NCBI GenBank assembly: GCA_040222015.1
Contig: JAVJWO010000012.1
Span: 1 to 52,790, forward strand
Length of the DNA stretch: 52,790 nt
Origin: Coleofasciculus chthonoplastes F2-STO-03
Lineage (GTDB): Bacteria > Cyanobacteriota > Cyanobacteriia > Cyanobacteriales > Coleofasciculaceae
Direction: 5' to 3'
The notes under the pieces are model-generated. The model saw only the letters and a program-made list of their open reading frames with translations. It was not told the origin of the DNA and did no database searches. Positions 19,996-29,338 of this stretch are shown here, one piece after another; the stretch's first letter is position 1; every line of letters starts with the position of its first letter. The position numbers and the translations under genes are program-made.

Positions 19996-22838
19996 ATTCC
20001 GACTGCGGTAAAGGCTGCCCAATAGAATGGGTTAGCGAAGGGATAGGGTTGGCGATCGCATATTTCTTTCCGGGCTTCTTCAATAGCATCTTCAAAGACA
20101 AAGCGCTTTCCTGGTCGAAGTTGGGCAAGGATTTGATCAAGTTGGGGTTGGAGTTGCACCACCATAGCTTCAAACGCCTCATAGGTCAAATTCCTGAGCC
20201 ATTTTTGAGCTTGGTTGAGGGCAATGGCAACTCTCCCTTCTTCTAACCGGGGAAATTGACTTAAATTTTCATAGAACTTGATCATCAAAAAGGCAGTGGA
20301 AAGATCACTCACTGTCCAAAGGCTACTGACAACACTAGGACTACCTGCGTAGAGGAAACCACTGGGTAAACTAATGTATTCATCACTTATATCATTGAGT
20401 CCTGTTAAACCTGTTTCACAAGCAGAGAGGGTGACAAGGCGGCATTGATTGAGTGTTAGTCCAAAGATTTCTGCTAGCGTGAGTCGTCCATCTTCTGGTT
20501 GTTCATCTTTAGCTAAGATTAAGGCTGATTCTAGGGGTGAATTAAGGTTAAACTTGCCATGACAAGAAAAGTGAATACAGTGGGCTAATGGTAACTCTTG
20601 ATTAAGTTTAAGGGCAGATTCAGTTGCTTCCTGCTTCGCTAAGACTTGGGTTGAGGAAAAGAATGTGCGGCTCATTTCAACTTCTAAGTCGGTGTACGGT
20701 AGGTTATCCGTGGGGTTTTGAATGGCAAAGAAATGATTAAATTGAGAACGCTGCCGATTTTGACTCAGTTGTAATAATTGGCAACTGGGGGCATATCTTA
20801 CACCTTTTGGGAATTTATCTAACAGGTAATTCTGAGTTGTCTGATTTCCAATTTGTTCTTTTTTTCCTAAAGGCAGAGCATGAAGAGGCAGTATATGCAT
20901 TCCCTGGTGAGGAATAAGAATTAGCTGATCACACTCTTTCGGTATGTGGGATATAATTTCGTTTATGTGTAGAATTTCAGCTAGATTTTCCAAACGTTCC
21001 TCTAGTTGATTGCGCCACCAATTACTGCCTTTTCTGTAGTATAGGCTCAGGTATGCTATTGTCCTCTTCCGCAATAGTTTTATGTCATTGGCAGAAAATT
21101 GCAAAACTTTCGGATAAGGGCTATTGCGGGTGATGATAAATGTACAAAAACAATCGCCCATGAGATACCACTCAATAATAGTGGTACGTTCATCAATGAG
21201 AGCTTGGATATCTCTGTAGGAGATAGGTTCCACTTGTTGAGTGAGCTTAAAGCTAGAGTCTACTTGATTAATTTCCTTGAGAAGACTATCCTTCTGATTT
21301 TGCAAGTTATTCAAATCCTGCTGCAATTTCTCTACATAAAAATTATTGCTTGTCTCAGAGGCTTGACCACTGAAGATTATCTCTAGCTGTCGCTGCTTGG
21401 CTGGAATGTCTCGGCGTAGTTGGTCGAGTTGGTGACAAATTCTTTGGTACTCTTCTTCATTGGTGTAGAGTTCGCCTTTGGGATAAATATTTTTGTTAGC
21501 CAAAAGTTCTACTAGATTGCGTAGTTTGCTACGCTCGACATATTCAATGGCTTTGTCTGACTTGCCATCATTGATGCAGGCTTGAACTACTTTGACATAC
21601 ACTTCCATTGCTTCTGAAGTAATCTCTTGACGCCGACTGTCGTTGCTACTCCAAATCCGACTTTGTTCTACTGCTTTGATGGCGACATCATACCCTTCAA
21701 TGGCTTTTGTCCAACGTTGATCAGCAAAAGCTGTGTTGCCTAAGTTGCGTCCAGACCATAGACATTGTATAGGAAAGGTTTGAGGCGTGAAGATTTCTAG
21801 GGCTAACTGGAAACAGCTTATCGCCTCATCAATTTGTCCTAAATCACTATAGATAAGACCCAAATTCTTCTGAGTGTCAGCCCAATCTGAGGGAAAAGCT
21901 TCACGAGTAAAAACCTGCAAAGCTTTTTTACAACAGGCAAGTGCTTGTTCTAGATTTGTGGTTTTATCCCCGTAGATCCGATTACAGAACATCATTGATA
22001 AATTACTCTGAATTTTTGCCCATTGCCATCGATGATGTTCCGTAGGTGAAAAATATCCGCGAGTGTAAAAATTTAGTGCCTTATAACAGCATTCAATTGA
22101 CTTTTCCAAATTCTCTGCTGGATTACCCAGCATACGATCTCTGTAGATCAGGGCTAAATTATGTTGAGTTCTAACCCAAGCTTCCCAACTAGAGAATCGG
22201 GAATATACAGACAAAGCATTATCGCAACAGACGATTGCCTGTTCTAGATTAACTGCTGAATTCTTGTGAATGCGGTATTTATAAATGTTCGCTAAATCTC
22301 TATAAGTATTGGCTAAATTATTTTGAATATCAGCCCAACGTACTGAGAAAGCCTCTGGGGTATAAAATTCCAAAGCCTTACAGTAGCAGTCAAGTGATAG
22401 TTCTAGATTCTCGGCTCGATCACCTTTGATACGATTTCTATAGGCAGCGCCAAGACTATGTTGAGTTATTGCCCATTCTTTAAGGAAAATTTCACGAGCA
22501 AAAACATTCAGTATCATCTTGTAGCCAGCAATGGCAATCTCTATATTGCTAGCCTTGCTCTCTCGATCAAACTGCACAAGCATATCACAAATGGCAGCTA
22601 TGATAGCTGCCACCAAATCTGGTGATACCGTAGGCAAAGGAAATCTCAGTTTATAGAAGTTCGCTTGAAGGAATGAATATACTTCTGTCCAGCTTTGAAA
22701 TAGCTCAACTATGCCATCATCCAACTTATCCGGGTTGGCTTCTAGACGTGAATAAACTAATCGTGGATTACCTGTTAAAAATGCTTGGAATAACTGCAAC
22801 AGAAAATTGAGATAAGTTTGGCGACGTTCTTCGTTCAT
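19992..22838 (-). CDS. TPR-repeat + CHAT (caspase-like) protease domain protein
   Basis: WAxxQxNL TPR repeats; LILIPH, HFSCHG (catalytic His), VTLSACETG (catalytic Cys), SVVSSLW and PFYWAAF. Start at MNEERRQ. Confidence 0.92.
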   Translation of the reverse strand: MNEERRQTYLNFLLQLFQAFLTGNPRLVYSRLEANPDKLDDGIVELFQSWTEVYSFLQANFYKLRFPLPTVSPDLVAAIIAAICDMLVQFDRESKASNIEIAIAGYKMILNVFAREIFLKEWAITQHSLGAAYRNRIKGDRAENLELSLDCYCKALEFYTPEAFSVRWADIQNNLANTYRDLANIYKYRIHKNSAVNLEQAIVCCDNALSVYSRFSSWEAWVRTQHNLALIYRDRMLGNPAENLEKSIECCYKALNFYTRGYFSPTEHHRWQWAKIQSNLSMMFCNRIYGDKTTNLEQALACCKKALQVFTREAFPSDWADTQKNLGLIYSDLGQIDEAISCFQLALEIFTPQTFPIQCLWSGRNLGNTAFADQRWTKAIEGYDVAIKAVEQSRIWSSNDSRRQEITSEAMEVYVKVVQACINDGKSDKAIEYVERSKLRNLVELLANKNIYPKGELYTNEEEYQRICHQLDQLRRDIPAKQRQLEIIFSGQASETSNNFYVEKLQQDLNNLQNQKDSLLKEINQVDSSFKLTQQVEPISYRDIQALIDERTTIIEWYLMGDCFCTFIITRNSPYPKVLQFSANDIKLLRKRTIAYLSLYYRKGSNWWRNQLEERLENLAEILHINEIISHIPKECDQLILIPHQGMHILPLHALPLGKKEQIGNQTTQNYLLDKFPKGVRYAPSCQLLQLSQNRQRSQFNHFFAIQNPTDNLPYTDLEVEMSRTFFSSTQVLAKQEATESALKLNQELPLAHCIHFSCHGKFNLNSPLESALILAKDEQPEDGRLTLAEIFGLTLNQCRLVTLSACETGLTGLNDISDEYISLPSGFLYAGSPSVVSSLWTVSDLSTAFLMIKFYENLSQFPRLEEGRVAIALNQAQKWLRNLTYEAFEAMVVQLQPQLDQILAQLRPGKRFVFEDAIEEARKEICDRQPYPFANPFYWAAFTAVGI

Positions 22839-22919
22839 AGCACAAGACAACACTCAACTAATACCTAGAGTACCGATCCAGTAATCCAAACTATATTGCA
22901 GGAAATATAATCAATTTAC

Positions 22920-25898
22920 TCACTCCAAAACCTCTACGATTCCGGATCGCCCATCAATCCGCACCCGTTGCCCATTGCGGAACATCTGAGTCGCATTATG
23001 AATATCCATCACCGCAGGAATTCCATATTCCCGCGCCACGATCGCGCCGTGAGATAGCCGCCCCCCAACCTCAGCAATTAAGCCGCCTGCACGGGCTAAT
23101 AAGGGCGCCCAACCGGAATCCGTATAAGGGACAACCAGAATCGTTTGACGGTCAATTTGTGGAGTTGATTGTAAGTTACTTAAAACCCTCACCCAACCTT
23201 CCACTTGTCCCGCACTTGCACCAATTCCCACAAGACGCTGTTGAGCGGGTTCCGATTGGGTTTGCATCAGAAATGAAGCGGCGGGAGGATTGCCATAGAA
23301 TAGAGGCGGGACACTGCGTAATTGACGATGCTCATCTAGCTGCGATCGCCGATAGTGAATCAATCTGGGAAGTTCCTCTCGCAACACCTGATCGGTTTCA
23401 GCGATTAGACGCTGAATCTCCGCAAATTCTAAGAAGAAAATATCCCCAGCTTCAGATAATAAACCGGATTCTAACCACCGCTTCTCCAGCGCTACAAAAC
23501 TCCAACGCAAGTCGGCTAAAAATTGCGAATAAACTTCAGTTACTCGCCCTTTTAAATTCAAACGCGCTTGTACCACTTCCGCTTTCCAGCGCTGACGCTT
23601 GGGCGGTTTAGTTGCTGGGGGAGGATCACATAAAAATTGGGCAAAGAGTTGTCGTATCGGTCGCGGATCTTCTTTCCATCTGGGAATGGCAATATCTGTG
23701 GCGACATCGCTGAGATAGCCATATTGTGCCATAAATTGGTCGAATTGTTCTAAAACAGTTTGAGCATCGGGAATTTCCGACAAGGTGGTAAATACAGAAG
23801 CAGGATTATCACAATTAATTTGCTTTGGACTTAATAAGTGGCGCGTATCATCGGCTAATTTGGCAAGCGATCGCAAGCTGGCAATTTCTGGGGTTTGGCT
23901 ACTATCTAATTCTTCATCCTTTACCTTGAGTAACGCTTGTCGCAGGGAGAGACTTAATGGAGCCAGAATACTATAATACGTGGCTCGTTGTAATTCCGAT
24001 AATATCTGGTTCACTCGTTCCAGAATTTCGGCATCTGATAATTCTGAAACCGATTGCTCTTGCAGTTGACGCAAAGCTGAAGCAAAATGGTGGTGATAAT
24101 CTTGCTCAAAATCCTGATCTAAATTCCATTCCCGACCCAATAGACGAAGTAATCCGGGAAGGTTCCGCAGCGTGGATTTCAGAGGGGGTTTAGAAAATTT
24201 TGCTCCCCTTGTCAGAAACTCCAAACTTTCTGGCGGTAAACCCATGCGCCGGAAAATATCACCTAACAATGTGGCATTAAAATAGGCGCGAGAATAATGC
24301 AGCGTAGCAGTTTGATTAAAATCCAATCCCTGCGCCCGTTTTTTTAACACGATGGTAAAAATTTTCCCCCAAACACCACAGGTGAGGGGACGATTAATTG
24401 ACCAAGTGAGGGGTCGAATCAGTCCGGGAATCACCTCTGCGGCAATCTTGCGCGTCCAGATGGGTTGGAGATTGGTAATTGGTCGCGTTTGCAGTAGCCA
24501 TAACTGCTGACCGTCATAAGTCCATTCAATATCTTGGGGAATCCCATGATAGCGGTCTTCCAATTCCCGCGCTAAAGTAGCCACCTCTTGGATTAACGCT
24601 GGGGGTAAATCCCCCTCTCCTTCAATTTCAACCGATGGAGAACGATTATCTCCATTCTCCTGTGCATCAAGTGGGGCGGGTTTCGTCGAGTTATCGGTGT
24701 CCTCAAGGTTATCGCTTAAACCCGCCCCTACAAGCTGGGGTTGCTGGAAAAATACCCGATACTGTTCTGGGGTGACTTGACCAGAGACAATTCCCTTAGC
24801 ATCTCCGGGTAATCCTTCGAGGACTACGGTGTCTGGTTGTTGCTGCATGGGGTCACGACTAAAGGCGACACCGGAAAAGACGCCTGGGATTTGTTTTTGA
24901 ATTAAGACAGCCATCGCCGTGTCCGGTAAATCTCGGTTACGGCGATACCATCTGGCGGCGGGGTGATGATAAGAGGCTAAGACTTGGGTAATCGCTTCTT
25001 TTAAAGCGGGGCGGCTGGTTACCTGTAAAACCGTTTGATATTGTCCAGCGGCTGACGAGAGTTCCGCATCTTCCCCAATCGCAGAGGAACGGACAACCAG
25101 GGGTTCTGATTCGGAAACCGGGAGATATTTCACCAAGGGTTGCATATCATCCCCTGGTGGTAAGATCCATCCCTGGGGTACAGCGTAACCCCAACGTTTA
25201 AGCTGGGATAAGGTTGCCGCTTTTGAGCCAACCTGTTGGGGATCAAGTTCGCGCTCAAGTGGAATAATAGCTTTATCGCCTCGGAAAAAACGAAACACGG
25301 ATTTAGATTCTGATTTTGCCTGTTCGGTGGGAAGGTCTAAGTCATCGGGAATTTTCTGATAAATCCAACCAATAATTAGACTCAGCGCGATCGCACTAAC
25401 AATTCTAGCGGAATCATGGGGGTGCAAGAGTGCCAGAATGAGGGGAAATAGGACTAAAACACCGATACGTCCCGTCGTGCGATCGCGGATAATCGTAAAG
25501 CCTATGCCCCCAATTAAAAATACCAATAATGCGACGCGCCAGTCATGCACCACAAATCCCCAGACCACATTAGTGGTTCCCGCACCTTTGCCCATCCAGT
25601 AGCGTCCCATGACTAGCATAATTAGGGCAATAATTTCCCAAGTCGGTTCCGTGGGGAAGAAATAACCCGCCAATAAGACAGCCACAATCCCCTTCAAGGC
25701 TTCTGATAATACGGCTAAGATACCCACCCAACGTCCACCGTGGTAGAACGCGGCGGAGACAGATACATTACCCGTACCGACTTGAGAGAGTTGGCGTCTT
25801 GTAAGTAAGTAGGTAATCCAGGAAATCAGGGGAAGTCCACCCAGTAGAGGACAAAGAACAAAAATGAGTAAAGCACCCCAAACCTGTGTTAGCGTCAT
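22920..25898 (-). CDS. PlsY-like membrane domain fused to PEP-synthase/PPDK-type ATP-grasp and phospho-His swivel domains
   Basis: N-terminal TM helices with GTGNVS and EALKG; GSKAATL, VVRSSA.GED..SAAGQY, QDIEW and LLQTRPIT; C-terminal GGRLSHGAIVAREYGIPAV. Confidence 0.88.
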   Translation of the reverse strand: MTLTQVWGALLIFVLCPLLGGLPLISWITYLLTRRQLSQVGTGNVSVSAAFYHGGRWVGILAVLSEALKGIVAVLLAGYFFPTEPTWEIIALIMLVMGRYWMGKGAGTTNVVWGFVVHDWRVALLVFLIGGIGFTIIRDRTTGRIGVLVLFPLILALLHPHDSARIVSAIALSLIIGWIYQKIPDDLDLPTEQAKSESKSVFRFFRGDKAIIPLERELDPQQVGSKAATLSQLKRWGYAVPQGWILPPGDDMQPLVKYLPVSESEPLVVRSSAIGEDAELSSAAGQYQTVLQVTSRPALKEAITQVLASYHHPAARWYRRNRDLPDTAMAVLIQKQIPGVFSGVAFSRDPMQQQPDTVVLEGLPGDAKGIVSGQVTPEQYRVFFQQPQLVGAGLSDNLEDTDNSTKPAPLDAQENGDNRSPSVEIEGEGDLPPALIQEVATLARELEDRYHGIPQDIEWTYDGQQLWLLQTRPITNLQPIWTRKIAAEVIPGLIRPLTWSINRPLTCGVWGKIFTIVLKKRAQGLDFNQTATLHYSRAYFNATLLGDIFRRMGLPPESLEFLTRGAKFSKPPLKSTLRNLPGLLRLLGREWNLDQDFEQDYHHHFASALRQLQEQSVSELSDAEILERVNQILSELQRATYYSILAPLSLSLRQALLKVKDEELDSSQTPEIASLRSLAKLADDTRHLLSPKQINCDNPASVFTTLSEIPDAQTVLEQFDQFMAQYGYLSDVATDIAIPRWKEDPRPIRQLFAQFLCDPPPATKPPKRQRWKAEVVQARLNLKGRVTEVYSQFLADLRWSFVALEKRWLESGLLSEAGDIFFLEFAEIQRLIAETDQVLREELPRLIHYRRSQLDEHRQLRSVPPLFYGNPPAASFLMQTQSEPAQQRLVGIGASAGQVEGWVRVLSNLQSTPQIDRQTILVVPYTDSGWAPLLARAGGLIAEVGGRLSHGAIVAREYGIPAVMDIHNATQMFRNGQRVRIDGRSGIVEVLE
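24671..24731. repeat. REP-like palindrome located inside the coding sequence
   Basis: GTGGGGCGGGTTT...AAACCCGCCCCTAC, same arms as the intergenic copies. Confidence 0.85.
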
Positions 25899-26047
25899 GG
25901 GACATTTATTACTAAGATTTCCTTGATTCTACAAGGGAGATGGGGTAGTACCGACGTGACCGTGAAACGTCTCTACTCCCCATGCTTGCACAAAGGTGGC
26001 CAGAAACTTTTGCCGAGATGCACTAGAGCGTCGGTCAAGTATTCAAT

Positions 26048-26114
26048 AGAAACCGGGTTTCTCGTGAGGATGACAACGCCATATCAACCTTTGAGCCAAA
26101 GAAACCCGGTTTCT
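26048..26114. repeat. AGAAACCGGGTTTC...GAAACCCGGTTTCT palindromic repeat
   Basis: 14-bp inverted arms. Confidence 0.85.
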
Positions 26115-26365
26115 TGACCGATGTCCTAGACACAATCTTTTCAAACCTCAAAAATGCCAAGTCCTTACTCAGCAACCTTTATCCGGATTGGTAAATTTTG
26201 GTTACCAGGCTATTGACAAATGGAACATAATCTTAAATTACCGCCAAGGGTGGTACACCGATCGCGATCGCAACAGGAGACTTATTCAGCTAGCCTGACT
26301 TACTTGCTCAAATGACTCAAGGGTAATAGAATACCGAATGTATGTTCTAAGCAAAGGAGCCAAAT

Positions 26366-26851
26366 ATGAGTAGTGGAAACAGTTTGGAACCCACTCAATA
26401 TGCCAAGCATCGATACAATATCACTCAACCCATTGATTTTGATGTGGCAGTAAAGTATGGTGGTGCCCTGATGGCGATCGCCGGAGCCGATGGCGAACTC
26501 AGAGAAGCTGAATTCCAGTGGTATGTTGATGAACAAGAGCTTTTGATGGTAGACCCTCAAGAATACATCGAAGCCCTACGTCAATTTGATTGGAAGGGAG
26601 CCAATATTGAGGATCTATTAAAGGGGATCAGCTATGATTTCCCTATAAATTTTCGCCGCTCCATGTTGTACCAAGCGATTAAGATGAGCCGAGCTGATGG
26701 TGATTACCATGAAAAAGAAAAAGCGGCTGTGGCTAAAGCAGCAGAGATTTTAGGCATAGAACGCAGTACTGTTGTGACTCTAGAGTCCTTGGCTGAATTG
26801 GAAGAATCAACCCAGCGACTGCGGCTTGCCTTATTTGAGACAGACGTTTAA
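26366..26851 (+). CDS. TerB-like (tellurite resistance fold) protein
   Basis: Two ADG motifs: ALMAIAGADGEL.EAE and AIKMSRADGDYHEKEKAAV..AAEILG; AAGGAG RBS. Confidence 0.8.
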   Translation: MSSGNSLEPTQYAKHRYNITQPIDFDVAVKYGGALMAIAGADGELREAEFQWYVDEQELLMVDPQEYIEALRQFDWKGANIEDLLKGISYDFPINFRRSMLYQAIKMSRADGDYHEKEKAAVAKAAEILGIERSTVVTLESLAELEESTQRLRLALFETDV

Positions 26852-26874
26852 TTTAGGTTAACACCTTTATCTAG

Positions 26875-26924
26875 AGGATTTTGATAGGTTTGTATTATGA
26901 GTAAGTCTATCAAAATCCTGTTTT
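26875..26924 (+). terminator. Long hairpin followed by GTTTT between the TerB-like and CDPS genes
   Basis: AGGATTTTGATAG / CTATCAAAATCCT 13-bp perfect stem, extendable with G-U pairs. Confidence 0.6.
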
Positions 26925-27019
26925 GATATCTGGGAAAAAACTGTGGAGAAAATAGGGAATCAGGATTTCAGGATAATAGTTATCGTTTTTCCAGACAGTC
27001 CCCAAGAATATTTAATTGT

Positions 27020-27910
27020 ATGAATAGTCATAGAGATGAAGAAAAAATCATCGAAAACTTTGACTGGAATCAGCTTTCCCTAGAGCGGTTGAAGCTGATT
27101 CAATCTAAAATTGGTAAAGCAATTTACATTAAGAAAAAATGCTTGAACTTGACCAATTCTACAGAAAAAATGTCCCAGATTCATGGGTACAAGGCAAGTT
27201 TAGCTAAAGTCTTTCCATCTCGTCTACGTAGTTCACTATCTGAATATAAACAGTGTGTTTTCGGAATCAGCCTTGGCAGTAAAAACTTTGTTGATCCTAA
27301 GCGCATCGAAGCCTGTATCAAATGGATTAGCGAAAACTTTCCGGCTTGCCTAGTCCTAGTTTGTGATAGTATATACCGACTGACAATCGAGGTGAGACAG
27401 GGAGTGAAAGGAGATGAAGCTCGGTTGGAGGCAATTCGCACTGGAGAGCAGTTTATCGATGAAAACAGTTACCTGTTCAACCAATACTCCGGACGTTGTA
27501 AGTTCGAGTTCCAAAAGACTTCGCAAATTGAGAAGCAATCAGACTTTGAGATGTATTACCAGGAACTCCACTGTCTTTATCAAAAAGACCAATCTTTTGA
27601 AAACATGGTCAACTCATTTGCCCAGAAATATCTCAATCGAGGTGAACAGGTGGAAGCGGGGAATAGGCAAGACGATTATAACCAAGAAAAAATGTATCTG
27701 GGTACAACCTACCTGCTTGAGGAGTCAGCTTTATTAACTTGTCTCGTTAAACAAGGATGGTCTGTTTTTGTTTATCCCGGATCAATCAAAACCTTTGAAG
27801 AAATTGTGGAGGGTTTATACCCAGAAGTCCCTGAACCACTCAAGCAGATGGTCTGGGTTAGCTTGCGCCTCAAACAGTGGACAGCTAAAAGTGGACATGA
27901 AACCCAATAA
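27020..27910 (+). CDS. tRNA-dependent cyclodipeptide synthase (CDPS), XYP subfamily
   Basis: GISLGS (catalytic Ser), YLLEE (Tyr/Glu) and VYPG (Tyr-Pro) in AlbC-family order. Confidence 0.85.
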   Translation: MNSHRDEEKIIENFDWNQLSLERLKLIQSKIGKAIYIKKKCLNLTNSTEKMSQIHGYKASLAKVFPSRLRSSLSEYKQCVFGISLGSKNFVDPKRIEACIKWISENFPACLVLVCDSIYRLTIEVRQGVKGDEARLEAIRTGEQFIDENSYLFNQYSGRCKFEFQKTSQIEKQSDFEMYYQELHCLYQKDQSFENMVNSFAQKYLNRGEQVEAGNRQDDYNQEKMYLGTTYLLEESALLTCLVKQGWSVFVYPGSIKTFEEIVEGLYPEVPEPLKQMVWVSLRLKQWTAKSGHETQ

Positions 27911-28059
27911 TGGCATCATATCATGTCCGGTGGAATACTTACCAGCTCGTGTCGGACATAAATAAAGATAACTGCGTTCATTTTCCTGAACAGAAAAAAT
28001 CCTTGCCCTTGAGTGCGATCGGTGCGCCTCTAGTCATTAAATCAATGGACAAAAGTGGA

Positions 28060-29338
28060 TTATGTGGCATAACTATAGCCATCATGCCGATGGATTGGTG
28101 TGCAGTATTTGTGGTTAATGATTTGAAGCTTCTGGATAGATGTGGAAATATCAAACTGCCCGGTTTTTCTAACTGTGACTCGACCAACATGAGTACCTGC
28201 GTTTTTCCCTTTGGGGACAGCAGCCTTTACCATATCCCCAGTCTGGAAGCCGTAAACCTTTTTCACCCTTCTTATTCACTTGAGGGAAACCAAACTTGGT
28301 GATATTGCACATCCGTCGATGCCCGTAACCTGTAGCCTTGATTATCAAAGGTTTGACGACTTTGACTATGACCCGGTGGGGTGTTGAACTGCCAACAGCT
28401 ACCGCATCTCCCCAGTGAGTTTTTTCTAATCCCAGACGAATGCGATTAAACTTGGTTTGTCCACCCGTCCCAGTTTCCACGGGTAGCCCCGTGGCTTTGA
28501 GTCGCTCAAACAAAACCCATCGGGTCGTATTAACAGCAGCAGCATCAGCCAATGGTTTTTTGAGTTGAGCAAAAATTCGATTGAGAACATCTGGCTTACC
28601 CGCCAAGAATTCTCGCATGTCTTGACTCCCTTTAGCTTGGTTGCACGGGCGACAAGCGATGGCTAGGTTGCTAACCCGGTCACTGCCGCCAAGTGAGCGT
28701 GGTTTGACGTGTTCGACTTCTAGTCGAGTGTCGGTTGCACCGCAGTAGACACAACACCGATTGAACTTTTCAAGGAGATACTCGCGAACCTCGTAGCCCG
28801 CCAGCTCGCCCTGTTGATACTCTGCGCCAGATACCTCTGAGTTCTGCATCTTTTGTAGATCGAACCTGACTAGCTCCTGGCTAATGCCCATGATCGGACA
28901 GACTCGTGATAATCGCCTTACCCAAGTCAATATATTTTGAACTCGACTGTTTAGAGATGGTGGCAACCACCCTTGGGGACGGCGGCGGTTATTGAACCGT
29001 GCTTTACGGTATCTAGTTTGGCGATTGCGTCGTGAGCGTCTCACTTGACGGCGGGTGGTAAGCGCATCTCGGATGGCGAACCCCCTATGAGTTAATTCGG
29101 CTGCCCATACCACCACATTGCTTTTGAGGACGGCAATTCCTGTGACTTTCGCTCCTGGGTCAATTTTTAATCTGTATTCTGAGACTTGAGAGTCCTTCAC
29201 CTGTGTGTCAGGCAAAATGATGGTGAATGGAAAGCGACGAAACACTGACGCTGTGCCAGTACGAAGCAACTTTCTGGCGCGTGCTGGGTGAGTAGGAGCG
29301 AGCGGTTTTTTATTTTTGTCCAGTACAAACACAAACAT
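28060..29338 (-). pseudogene. iscB: RNA-guided endonuclease IscB, frameshifted near the C-terminus
   Basis: PLMP-like PLAPTHPARARKLL, RuvC-I IDPG, bridge helix RRQVRRSRR, RuvC-II ELVRFD, HNH (CVYC..EH..N..C..CN) and RuvC-III HWGDA. The tail GFQTGDMV...DGYSY lies in another frame (28060..28266). Confidence 0.85.

Noticed and set aside
28255..28270. Programmed -1 frameshift in iscB at G-AAA-AAG
   Set aside because: The tail requires a +1 shift, and the AAA-AAG codons are in the destination frame, not the zero frame.
27910..28302. 130-aa ORF after the CDPS as an intact tailoring gene
   Set aside because: Most of it is antisense to the iscB tail; only the first ~35 codons lie outside the element.
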